Shown in pieces: positions 1 through 10,512 of a DNA stretch of 28,235 nt. Position 1 is the first letter of the stretch, and each line of letters opens with the position of its first letter. The notes under the pieces are model-generated. The model ran no database searches, was not told the DNA's origin, and saw only the letters and a program-made list of their open reading frames with translations. The DNA comes from Chiloscyllium plagiosum (Eukaryota), in NCBI RefSeq assembly GCF_004010195.1, contig NC_057718.1, positions 19,796,815 through 19,825,049 on the forward strand. The letters are read 5' to 3'. The position numbers were made by a program, and so were the translations under genes.

Positions 1-1341
1 GGATGTTTCAGATACATGTTATTAAGTATTATACAAAAACAATCCTTTCTGTACAACATGGCAACATAAAACAATCATAAAACTCACAAATCATTTACAT
101 GCCTGCATGCTCCATTTGGTCATTTTAGTCAATCCTGTTCTTACCTCTTCAATTTCTAGCAATTATCTTTGACAGAAACCCAGGCTGATTTCTCTCATTC
201 AAACTGAATCATTAGAATCAACAAAGGCATGAGCAACTTCCATGGTGCTCCTAATGAATACATGGTGAGCTTCAAATTGCATTTACTGTTGCTCACTGGC
301 ATCTGAAGACAAGAGCTAATGGGAAAACCGCAAAGGAAAACTGAACGAGAAACAGGAAGAACCAAATCGAGCCAAAGTGAAGGGGTCCTACTGGTCCAAA
401 CTGACCACTCTGCAATACCAGAAATGTAAATGCAAAATTTCAGCCTTGTCATATATAAAATGTTAATTAGATCAATAGGCAAACTCAACACACTTTCAAC
501 TGGGTCAAGTGCTTGAAGGCCTAGCCTAAGGCAGTAGATTAACATTAAATGTAACATTCCACAATTGAGACATTTCCAGAAATAGAACTACACACAAAAA
601 TTAGCTCAATATATTAATCATTATACTTGCTTTGTTATGATATAACAGTGTAATGATATCTGGCATTTTCAACGTAATTAGTAATGGGTCATATGAATAC
701 CACATGGTTTCAATGCATCTCAGAGATTTACTGCAAACTAGAGTGCATGTGTAAACATTGTATTGTGGTTGGGATGATTGAAGTGACATTATTTAGCATG
801 ACTCCGTCAGTTTAGATACATTTACAGTGGACACCATTTAGTATGACAAATTGGGCACTCGGAGAGATTACAAATGCAGACATTTTTCTGGTACTCAAAG
901 CTGCTGAGGGGTATCAGCAGTACAGAATGAAATTTGGTTCCATCTTTACAACTATATATTGACATAACGCACTTCTGAGTCCTAAGAGCACCCAGACGCT
1001 GAGTGAACTTTATTTTCCATAACATACACTACTGAACCATCACTACTCATTCAACTTCATCATCAGCAATTATTGTGGCATCTACTGAGAGACTAATAAT
1101 CCTTTGTCAAACTATGGGTCGCATTTTCTGTTGCTCTAAGCTTACTCAGCCTTACAGTAGATTCACATTTGCCAAAATAATTGTTACAACATCATAACAG
1201 GCCATCCAAGATATTCATATAATCAGTGAAACTGAGGTAGGGAGATGAACCAGCCACACCATTATCTTATCTGTTATCAAATCTTAATTTCTACCCCCCC
1301 CCCCCCCAATCCATCCACCCTGTGTAACCTTTATTTCACTT

Positions 1342-1411
1342 CTGCTACTTTCTTAAATATTATTTCACATGATGTGCTGCTACTTTCTTAAATATTATTT
1401 CACATGATGTG
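1342..1411. repeat. Perfect 35-bp tandem duplication (2 copies)
   Basis: ctgctactttcttaaatattatttcacatgatgtg at 1342-1376 and 1377-1411. Confidence 0.95.
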
Positions 1412-1622
1412 GGAATCACTGGCTAGGCCATCATTTGTTACCCACAACAACCTTTTGACCCACTGGAGTCCATGTGGTACACCCGCAATGCCATTAAGAA
1501 GGTAGTTCCAGGTTTCTGATCCACTGTCACTGAAGGAACAGCGATGTATTTCCAAGTCAGGATAGTGAGTGGCTTGGAGGAAAACTTGCAGGTGGTGATG
1601 TTCACATGAATTTGCTGCCTTT
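1395..1622 (-). mobile_element. Degraded 3' end of a CR1/L2-group LINE
   Basis: Resembles, from memory, a common shark LINE 3' end (gatgtggg..ctggctaggcca..; gaaggaacagcgatgtatttccaagtcaggatagtgagtggcttggagg..ttgcaggtggtg); boundaries approximate. Confidence 0.6.
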
Positions 1623-3605
1623 TGTAGGTAGTGAAATGTCCCTACTGAATAATATAACAGCTCTAAAACCTAAAAAACAACATTGGCCAAGTGAACGGCA
1701 AGCTGGGAAAATTGGTCAACTGAACAGCATACTAAGAATTGGGCCAGACAGATACGTGAGCCATTTATCTTGATTGATTGCATTGAACTGGTGTTAACAA
1801 GACATTGGAACTGAGAAGCTTGCAGAATTCACTGTCAAATTGGATCAAGCCAGACAGATATGCAAGCCATTCACCAACAGTGAACAGATGTTAAAGGAAA
1901 GGGGCTCTTGCACTGCAGTTTCTATCACAGAAAGTGTGTTACAAAAGACAATATTGATTATTGTAGTTTCCCAGTTGATCGAGTTGACCCTAGGAGCCGG
2001 GCTGTCTGAAAGCAGTTCTACCCGAAACCTTGCATCATTGCCCCTTCAACACCTCGGGTTTTGAAGTGCAAGGCTTCGGTTCAAATCCTAACCCACAGTT
2101 CCAGAGGTAATAAATCCAAATAGGTTGATTCAAAGTCTACTTTTTAAAATCTGTGCATTAGTTACATATAGATTCATTAAAACCAATGCAAGAAAAATAT
2201 TTCTAAACTACTATATGCTTGTGAAATAATAATAGCTCAGTTCCATTTATTGTGGCTTCTTGACACCTTGAAAACAAAATGGCGAGGCAAACTGCAGGTG
2301 GTCAGTGATTTTATGGCAACCAATCTATTCCAACTGAGAGACAATTTTTCTCCGTTATGTTAAAATGAATGAAGACGGAAGGCCTCTATGGCGAATTCAG
2401 GCTTTTCCAAACTGGTCACCCGAGAACAGAATGATGATCATAAGGTAACTGAAGGTGCCCTGCTGATCCAACACTTCCATAAATTGATTTTCAGTGCCCC
2501 TACCTACACTCCATTCTGAGTATTTCTCTTTCAGAACGCCTTCCCATTCTGCTTTAAAACTTGTTTCAATTTTTAAATTACACTGCATTGCTGTGCAAAT
2601 CTGTAGTCTAAACAATTTACGTAACTGGTTGTTTAAACCTTTCGTGAGAAAAATGAGAACAGTTCAGAGGGCATAATCCTTCCATTATGTTGGGGAAATG
2701 TAATTTAACTTAGGAGAACACTCAATTTTGTTCCTTAAGGTTCATTCTAGTGGGACAATTTCTCAGGAGTGACCATATTTCCCTGAACAAGGTGAAGTAG
2801 GCTTTTCTGCCAAAGGGCAGTTGCTCTGATCATGATTTTTAGTTTATAATAGCTGCAAGGTCGAGCCCACTAAGAAGCAAAATATCAGCTGGAAAATGTA
2901 TGGTTGGTACTTGTTCTATAAAAGTTGACAAAGCATTTTCCTTGCAGTTCAATTGTCCACAACAGGGAATTTTAATAAATACTTCTCACATCTGACCCCA
3001 ATTGCAGCAGTGTTAAATATTATTGCTCTTTCAAAAAGAAAGAAGCCGATGATGTATACAAAATATTTTCCAAATCAGAAACAGTACAGAAGTGCGGACT
3101 ATTTTTAAACAGCATTTGTAAAATTTAGTCTGAGCATTTTATGCTGTTAAATAAACCTGAAAGTTTTATATGTAATGGAACAATTTGTTCTTCCAGTGAT
3201 AGCACAATTAATTTTGTCAGATAGTATCCTCAATAAAGCAGATTTATAAGTGATTCAGATTTGATCCAGCGCTAGTGGCAGGAGACGCTAAAAGGTAATG
3301 AAATATATACAATGGAATTCATGCCATAAGTAGATCACAAAAAAACCAAAAGCAGCACTATACAGTTCCAGGGTTTCAAGGCTGTCATAAAATATGGAAT
3401 TGCTTATTTTTTCAGAATGCCCCAACAGGTCCTTCTTCATGTACAAAATTACTTCAAATTTTCAGCTCCACTACCTTAGTCAGAGGCTAATCCCCACACT
3501 TCATGGAAGGATTGAGTATGAACATTTTTTCATTTACAGTAATGGATAATGCCACGAACAGAGACTGTTGTTGTGGTTCTGTTTGCTGAGCTGGGAATTT
3601 GTATT

Positions 3606-3645
3606 GCAGACGTTTCGTCCCCTGTTTGGGTGACATCCTCAGTGC
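3606..3645 (-). ncRNA. Minimal type-I hammerhead ribozyme motif in the PLE pseudo-LTR (intact core)
   Basis: Minus strand reads GCA CUGAGGA U GUCACC CAAACA GGGGAC GAAA CG UC UGC: stem I GCA/UGC, stem II, palindromic ACGU stem III. Confidence 0.8.
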
Positions 3646-3734
3646 TTGGGAGCCTCCTGTGAAGCGCTTCTGTGATGTTTCCTCCAGCATTTATACTGGT
3701 TTGTCTCTGCCGCTTCCGGTTGTCCGTTCCAGTT

Positions 3735-4643
3735 GTCCGCTGCAGTGGCCGGTATATTGGGTCCAGGTCGATGTGCTTATTGATTGAATCTGTGGATGAG
3801 TGCCATGCCTCTAGGAATTCCCTGGCTGTCCTCTGTTTGGCTTGTCCTATAATAGTAGTGTTATCCCAGTCGAACTCATGTTGCTTGTCATCTGTGTGTG
3901 TGGCTACTAAGGATAGCTGGTCATGTCATTTCGTGGCTAGTTGGTGTTCATGGATACGATCGTTAGCTGTCTTCCTGTTTGTCCTATGTAGTGTTTTGTG
4001 CAGTACTTGTATGGGATTTTGTACACTACGTTGGTTTGGCTCATGCTGGGTATCGGGTCCTTTGTCCTGGTGAGTTGTTGTCTGAGAGTGGCTGTTGGTT
4101 TGTGAGCTGTGATGAGTCCTAGTGGTTGTAGTAGTCTGGATGTCAGTTCAGAAGTGTTCTTGATGTATGGTAACGTGGCTAGTCCTTTGGGTTGTGGAAT
4201 GTCCTCATTCCATTATCTTTCCCTTAGGCATCTGTTGATGAAATTGCGCGGGTATCCATTTTTGGCGAATACATTGTACAGGTGTTCTTCTTCCTCTTTT
4301 TGCAGTTCAGGTGTGCTGCAGTGTGTTGTGGCCCTTTTGAACAGTGTCTTGATGCAACTTCTTTTGTGTGTGTTGGGGTGGTTGCTTTCGTAGTTCAGGA
4401 CTTGGTCTGTGTGTGTGGCTTTCCTGTATACCTTTGTGGTGAATTCTCCGTTCGGTGTTCTCTGTACCATCACGTCTAGGAATGGGAGTTGGTTGTCCTT
4501 TTCTTCCTCTCGAGTGAATCTGATTCCTGTGAGTATGGCGTTGATGATCCGGTGTGTGTTTTCTATTTCTGTGCTTTTAATGATTACAAAGGTGTCATCC
4601 ACATATCTGACCCAGAGTTTGGGTTGAATTTGCGGTAAGACTG
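3735..4643 (-). pseudogene. Disrupted PLE polyprotein fragment: RT C-terminal/thumb region plus GIY-YIG endonuclease
   Basis: ORF 4213-4602 plus in-frame continuation past a stop at about 4213; 1-bp deletion near 3958 relative to the inverted copy (gatcgtatcc vs gatccgtatcc); lower boundary approximate. Confidence 0.85.
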
Positions 4644-4963
4644 CAGAAGACAGCTAACGATCCGTATCCATGAACACCAACTAGCCACGAAACGACACGA
4701 CCAGTTATCCTTAGTAGCCACACACACAGATGACAAGCAAAATGAGTTCGACTGGGACAACACTACTATTATAGGACAAGCCAAACAGGAATTCCTAGAG
4801 GCATGGCACTCATCCACAGATACAATCAATAAACACATCAACCTGAACCCAATATACCGGCCACTGCAGCGGACAACTGGAATGGACAACTGGAAGCGGC
4901 AGAGACAAACCAGCATAAATGCCGGAGGAAACAACACAGAAGCGCTTCACAGGAGGCTCCCAA

Positions 4964-5003
4964 GCACTGAGGATGTCACCCAAACAGGGGACGAAACGTC
5001 TGC
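4964..5003 (+). ncRNA. Minimal type-I hammerhead ribozyme motif in the PLE pseudo-LTR (intact core)
   Basis: gca ctgagga t gtcacc caaaca ggggac gaaa cg tc tgc; identical to the minus-strand copy at 3606-3645; predicted cleavage after C5000. Confidence 0.8.
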
Positions 5004-5394
5004 AACACAAATTCCCAGCTTGGCTAACAGAACCATAAAACGAGCACCCGAGCTACACATCTTCTCACAAACTTTGAACAGAGACTGTCGCATATTTGTA
5101 AACATAATGAAACAATAAAATTATTAGAAGTTGATTCTTAATCTTTTGTGTTGCTGCAGTTTGGTTCTCTGCCTCTCACAGAGCAACTATAGCCCTCAGG
5201 ATTTAACACTTCATCAAACTACCTCCCATATCGACATTGTCTTTCTTAGAGTGCAGCAATAACACGTTTCAATAATGCTTGGCTATATTAAACAAAAAAG
5301 CATAGAACTGGCCTGTACAATAAAGACAAGAAGCATATAATGTAAACTGATAATCTTCTCGAATTGTCATTTTGCTTTTCTGCTATTTTCAATC

Positions 5395-5816
5395 TTGCCT
5401 GTGAATCTCAAGATTCCAGGTTCAAGTCCCACGCCAGGGGTGCTCACAAAACTAAAAACTCACCTCCAATACAGTACTGAGGGAGCAGTGCACTGTTGGA
5501 CATGCAGTATTTCAGAGGAGATGCTAAATTAAAGCCCTATCTGACTGTTCGGGTGGTTGCAAAAGGACTCAGAGCTTTACTTTGAAGAATGGCACACTGG
5601 TGTCCAGGTCAATATTCATCCCTCAATCAACACCACAAAAAACAAAATATCTGATCATCACATGGTTGTTTGGGAGAGTTTGCTATGTGTATATTGGTTA
5701 CCTTGTTTCTTACACTATAACAGTGATTACACTTCAAAAGTACTTAATAGACTGTAAATTGCTTTGAGACACCAAGCAGTTGTGAAAAGCACCACATTAT
5801 TGCAAGTCTTTCTTTC
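5395..5816 (+). mobile_element. Deu-domain tRNA-derived SINE (SacSINE1/AmnSINE1-like)
   Basis: B-box-like ggttcaagtcc near 5419; Deu-like core cagtactgagggagcagtgcactgttgga...; L2-like tail gtgaaaagcac...tgcaagtctttcttt. Confidence 0.75.
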
Positions 5817-5962
5817 CTGCACCATGGCCTTTTTGCAATCTCTGTGTACCATATGATTCTTCAGCTGCGAGACTGGGCATCAGCCCTAAACTATAGTTTC
5901 CACCTAGTGCTGTACTACCATTCAGAACAATGGTGTTCTGGGTTCATGGTCTTTTAACAGCC

Positions 5963-6574
5963 ATGATGTGTTGGTGCCGATGTTGGACCGGGGTGTACAA
6001 AGTTAAAAATCACACAACACCAGGTTATAGTTCAACAGGTTTAATTGGAAGTACAAGCTTTCGGAGTGCTTGGTGACCTTATAGAGTTTATAAAATCGAG
6101 GGGCATGGATAGGATAAATAGACAAAGTCTTTTTCCTGGGGTGGGGGAGTCCAGAACTAGAGTGCATAGGTTTAGGGTGAAAGGGAAAAGATATAAAAGG
6201 GACCTAAGGGGCAACTTTTTCATGCAGAGGTGGTACGTGTATGGAATGAGCTCCCAGAGGAAGTGGTGGAGGCTGGTAAAATAGCAACATTTAAAAGGCA
6301 TCTGGGTGGGCATATGAATAGGAAGGGTTTGGAGGGATATGGGCCAAGTGCTGGCAAATGGGACTAGTTTAGGTTGGGATATCTAGTCGGCATGGATAAG
6401 TTGGACCGAAAGGTCTGTTTCCATGCTGTACATCTCTATGACTCTATGCTGCTCCTTCAGTAGGTAGCTGTAGAGCAGGATCCTGTTCCACAGCTACCTG
6501 ATGAAGGAGCAATGCTCCGTAGACCTCCAAGTAAACCTGTTGGACTATAACCTGGTGCTGTGTGATTTTTAACT
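5963..6574. mobile_element. Palindromic PLE pseudo-LTR derivative (family B) with two decayed hammerhead motifs, interrupted by a CR1 insertion
   Basis: The left arm (5963-6070 plus 6447-6480) is the reverse complement of the right arm (6481-6574), centred on caggatcctg. The right arm has ctgatga a ggagc aat gctcc with GAAA lost. Confidence 0.8.
6071..6446 (+). mobile_element. CR1 LINE 3' fragment
   Basis: ORF2 C-terminal peptide (GDLIE..SLFPGVGESRTR..RGNFF) with 3' tail ctctatgactcta; tgct on both sides. Confidence 0.9.
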
Positions 6575-7004
6575 ACATTATGTAACAGGTGAGTGAATAT
6601 GATTACAGTCTCCATTTGGCAGTCACTCTCAGGAGGTGTGACTTCTGTTCCTGCAGTCACAGATCCTGGGAAGGCTTGTCGTTGAGCACTTAATTGCCGT
6701 TTGTCAAAGAAGATAAAACAGAGCTCTGACTGGTTCTCCATCTGACTGGCAATGCCAGTTTCCTGGATTAAATTCCACCCAAGTTCAGCACTTTACGTTT
6801 AGCAAAGTAATTAGGATGACAGGTTACAGGAAGGACATTTAACCAACACCAATCCTTTAAGAGGCAAATTAAAGACATAGTTATCTCACTTTTGGTCAAT
6901 TCTGGTAATTTCTGCACTCTTCTAAAAGATGTGATCTAACAGAAGATAAGTGCACACAGTGCAGTACCTAGAAAAATTAATTTTAAAATGTGATAAAGCA
7001 TTGA

Positions 7005-7600
7005 CAACTTGCTTTTATATCACACCTTTAGACATATTAAATATCTCAAGTTGTTTCACACAAGTGTCATTAGACAAACTTTTAACACTGACTCGGATAA
7101 ACAATATTAGTATAGATGACTGAAGGCACAATCCAAGTTGAATCAATCATAGAATCACAGAAACCCTACAGCATGGAAGCAGGCCATTCAGCCCATCAAG
7201 CCCATGCTGGCCCTCCGAAGAGCATCGCACTCGGACCCATTCCTTCTTACCCTATCCCTGTAATTCGATGGGCAATCCAATCTAACCTGCACATTTTTAG
7301 ACTGGGAGGAAACTGGAGCACCTGCAGGAAACTCATGCAGACTTGGGGAAAACATGCAAACCCCCCCACCCAAAGTGGAATCGAATTGGGTCCCTAGCAC
7401 TATGAGCAAGCAGTGTTAACGACTGAGCCATGGTGCAGCCCCAAAGAGGTATGTTTTAAGGCATGTTTAAAGGACAAGGGTTGAAAAAACTGAGTACTGA
7501 CTTTAAAAGCTTAGGGCCTAAGCAGCTGATGACACTGTCACCATTAGTGGATAACAAAATGTTTTTGTGGCCCAATTTGGAAGGATGCAGCAATTTTGGA
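7005..7600 (-). mobile_element. Old L2-type LINE 3' fragment split by a SINE insertion
   Basis: aacttgcttttatatcacaccttt... (inverted L2-type tail) continues after the SINE as aaagaggtatgttttaagg...agcttagggcctaagcagctga. Confidence 0.6.
7140..7442 (-). mobile_element. V-domain tRNA-derived SINE (HE1-like) with CR1-derived tail
   Basis: Minus strand has a tRNA-like head (tggctcagtcgttaacactgc; caattcgattcc), a V-domain (tttgcatgttttccccaagtctgcatgagtttcctgcaggtgctccagtttcctccca) and a short-repeat tail. Confidence 0.85.
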
Positions 7601-7602
7601 AA

Positions 7603-7790
7603 TTAAAACAAAGAACTGCTAATGCTGGAGATCTGAAACAAAAACTGAAACTACTGGTAAAACCCAGCAGGTCTGGCCCATCTGGAGGGAGAAATCAGTC
7701 TTAATGTTTTGAGTCTAGTGACTCTTCATCAGAACTGGATTTGAAATGCTAATGCTGCTTTCTCCCCATAGATGCTGCCAGGTTTGGAGA
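7603..7790 (-). mobile_element. Older PLE pseudo-LTR derivative (family C) with a decayed hammerhead and a truncated inverted arm
   Basis: Minus strand 7735 to 7702 reads gtt CTGATGA a GAGTC acta GACTC aAAA catt; partial inverted arm at about 7757-7790. Confidence 0.7.
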
Positions 7791-7920
7791 CTACTTGGTC
7801 TACAGAAATCTTCAGGACTATTAAAACTGTGCCCCAGGCGACTGAAATTCAACATCAGGGCCTTATATTTAACACACAGCCATGGAAAGAGCAATGCTTG
7901 AGTAAGAGTAATCATGTCAC

Positions 7921-7956
7921 AGTCCTGAAGAAGGGCTTATGCCCGAAACATCGATT
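7921..7956 (+). ncRNA. Minimal type-I hammerhead motif (near intact)
   Basis: AGUC CUGAAGA A GGGC UUAU GCCC GAAA CA UC GAUU; stem I AGUC/GAUU, perfect stem II, CG>CA change in stem III. Confidence 0.72.
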
Positions 7957-8050
7957 CTCCTGCTCCTTGGATGCTGCCTGATCTGCTGCGCTTTTCCAGC
8001 AACACATTTTTCAACTCTGATCTCCAGCATCTGCAGTCCTCACTTTCTCC
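7921..8050 (+). mobile_element. 130-bp solo hammerhead-bearing PLE pseudo-LTR unit (family A)
   Basis: Perfect 12-bp TSD taatcatgtcac at 7909-7920 and 8051-8062; sequence matches the 3' end of the element at 17671-18213. Confidence 0.9.
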
Positions 8051-8319
8051 TAATCATGTCACCTGCCTTCTAACAGTCTTCATGAGGTAACGTGAAGGAC
8101 ACCTACAATCTCCATTAAATGCAATGAGAATGGATTTAAAACTTGAAAAATCATATATTCAGAACTGAAAATCGATCAATTCTAAACATACTTTGTTAAT
8201 TTAACAGTTGGAATATTCTTTAGAATTCCCATTTTTATTTGCAAAATGCTTGATTTGGCAATACAACTGCAACCCTAAGAGAGAAATAGATCAACCTGTG
8301 ACTCTACTTTTTTCTTTCA

Positions 8320-8537
8320 AAGTGTTGTGAATCTTTGCAATTCTCTTAAACCAGCAAGTGTGTAAGCACAAGCATTGAGCAAATACAAGATAAAGATGGA
8401 CACTATGGATACTGAGAGAATGAAGGGATATGGGGATAGTGTTGAAAGGAAAATTGAAGTAGAAGACCTGCTATGATCGAAAAGAATGAGAGTGCATGCT
8501 TGAAGGACTAAATGGACATCTGCGTTCATTTCTCATG
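8320..8537 (+). mobile_element. Degraded 3' end of a CR1-group LINE
   Basis: gttgtgaatctttgcaattctct...aagggatatggggatag...gtagaagacctgctatgatc...gcttgaaggactaaatgg resembles a CR1 ORF2 end and 3'UTR. Confidence 0.6.
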
Positions 8538-9172
8538 CACATATTAGGGAATACTTTTACACCTTTCCTCAAGTCACAAAGTGAGGAAATAAACAATAAA
8601 TATCTGAGGCCAGGATCTCAGGACAATGAGTAACTTTCTGCACGGCACTGAGTCAATGACTGATGAGAGCTTTAAACTGGGGTCATGAGATCTTTCCTAG
8701 AAACAGAAATATTTGTATTTACATTTGCCATGACACCCACTGATATCAGAAAAGAAATTAAGACACAAATCTCATAGTGAGAGCTGGTCTGATTTCATTC
8801 CAGAACATTACATTTTCTTTCTTTAAAAAAAAGCTAAAAAATGGATTCCTCTAACAATCTACAGCCAAGGAAGCATTGAAATATGCAACATCGGCTTTTG
8901 CTGTCTAGAAACGTTTGTTAGCGAAGGCAGCGCCGATTTTATTTAAAAAAACTATTGCTTTGCAGTACTTGCCTGCGTACTGCTCAGACCTTCGGCTTGC
9001 ATACATTTTTCAGATTCCAGCAACTTTAGCAAATTATGGGGATCCACCCAACAGGGAAACATAACGTGGAAAAGGGTTGGAAAAACTTCAGCCAATGTTT
9101 GTTCAGGAAGAATCTCAAGTGAAGAAGGAACACAGCCTGAAAGTAGAAAGAACAAAAGACTGCAGTACTTAC

Positions 9173-9239
9173 TGAGGTGAATGCCAACAGTTCCTCTTCA
9201 GTCAGCTTATGAACAGGGTTGTTCTTCTGAAAATTTGTG
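9173..9239 (-). CDS. Internal 67-nt coding exon of an unidentified host gene ([23 protein letters not shown])
   Basis: Acceptor ttaacgttttgtttcaacag|, donor |gtaagt. Only one frame is open (phase 2 to phase 0). The peptide looks protein-like and lies in non-repeat sequence. Confidence 0.7.
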
Positions 9240-10307
9240 CTGTTGAAACAAAACGTTAACAAGTATGGAAGCAACAATTAATGACGTGTGAAACCATCAA
9301 GGAGAAGCAGTTACATACAAAGAAATGGGAAGCAGCAGTTGATAAACTGAAGGTTAAGCTAGAACTTATTCCACACAGACATTATTGGAACATTGCATAT
9401 ATTGCCACAAATGGCTAATGAAGTTGTACAATAACATTTAAAGGAAAGTTATCGAGGGACCTGTGTAAGTACATGGCAAAAGGTCAGACAGATTAGATAA
9501 CTTCAACTGAAGAATTAAATTTTACGGTGACTGAATTATCAAATGTATCGCAGGGTGCTATTGTTCAATTATTTCCCGACTCAATGGTTCCATTTTTGAA
9601 ACAAATGGACATACTGTGTCAATATGAGCATATGTACACACACAACTCAATATACACAGGTACATGCATGTTTTCTATATCTGCACATGCTTTGAAATGT
9701 TTGTATTTTAGTCAATTGCACTTCAAATGCCACAGGTCAAAGTTCAGAAGAATGGACAAATAAATAGAAATTCCTTCAGATTTAGGACAGAAATCTATGC
9801 AATGTCAGGATCAACTCATCCAAGAGGATATCATGGGTTGCAGTTAAACCTAGCAATGATGTTTGCGCATTTCTCCACGTGGCTGCCTCAAGCATGTTTC
9901 CAACTGAAATCTGATCCAGAGCAATCCAGAAAACAGGTGAAACGATGACCATTAACCTTTATTGTTGCCTTATAGGAAACAGAGTTAAATACACTGAACC
10001 ATCTATTTGGTGATCGGAAGCCTGTGATGTCAAGTCCTTAGCAGAACACAGAATTAACATAACAAGAATATGTTTGATATGGGATGTGCCTTATACATTG
10101 TTTTAAAACTTCAAGATTTTGCCACAATTTTCGTAGTAGTGAAATATGAAACAATGAACAATTAAATGAGAAAAAACAAATTTGAACCATGTGGCATTCT
10201 CTTACGCTTTATAAAACAAAACAATAGGAGACAAAATGCACCATGATATACTAATTAGCAACACAAAGACAATTCTTTACATGCATGTTGGGCACATGAA
10301 TTCCCTG

Positions 10308-10512
10308 AAAAAGCACAGCAGGTCAGGCAGCATCCAAGGAGCAGGAGAATCGATGTTTCAGGCATGAGCCCTTCCTCAGGTGATTCCTGAGGAAGGGCTC
10401 ATGCCCAAAACTGCGATTCTCCTGCTCCTTGGATGCTGCCTGACCTGTTGCGCTTTTCCAGCAACACATTTTCAGCTCTGATCTCCAGCGTCTGCAATCC
10501 TCACTTTCTCCT
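10308..10512. mobile_element. Palindromic family A element with two opposed hammerhead motifs
   Basis: Arms 10308-10380 and 10386-10512 surround spacer tgatt; 14-bp TSD acatgaattccctg at 10294-10307 and 10513-10526. The minus motif is CUGAGGA A GGGC UCAU GCCU GAAA CA UC; the plus motif has GAAA>AAAA. Confidence 0.9.

Larger units (their letters stand above)
3571..5075 (-). mobile_element. Penelope-like retroelement (Poseidon/Penelope-type), 5'-truncated, with an inverted duplicate of its 3' part (inverted pseudo-LTR arrangement)
   Basis: The minus strand from 4643 to 3571 encodes the RT C-terminus (WVRYVDDTF, LPFLDV, VYRKATHT) then a GIY-YIG endonuclease (NVVYKIP..HYIGQTG). 4646-5035 is an inverted copy of about 3571-3973. 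TSD gaacagagactgt lies at 3556-3568 and 5076-5088. Confidence 0.93.

Noticed and set aside
145..302. Minus-strand segment with a strong acceptor (tcttgtcttcag) and donor (ag|gtaaga), overlapping ORF 195..557
   Set aside because: All three frames contain stops and the ORF resembles no known protein; at most a non-coding or pseudo-exon
1294..1307. Poly-C run
   Set aside because: Simple homopolymer
3487..5118. Several overlapping 60-130 aa ORFs on both strands
   Set aside because: Antisense or alternative frames of the Penelope element and its inverted copy; not host genes
7380..7442. tRNA-like A/B box sequence (also 24250-24322 and about 5419)
   Set aside because: SINE heads, not full cloverleaf tRNA genes
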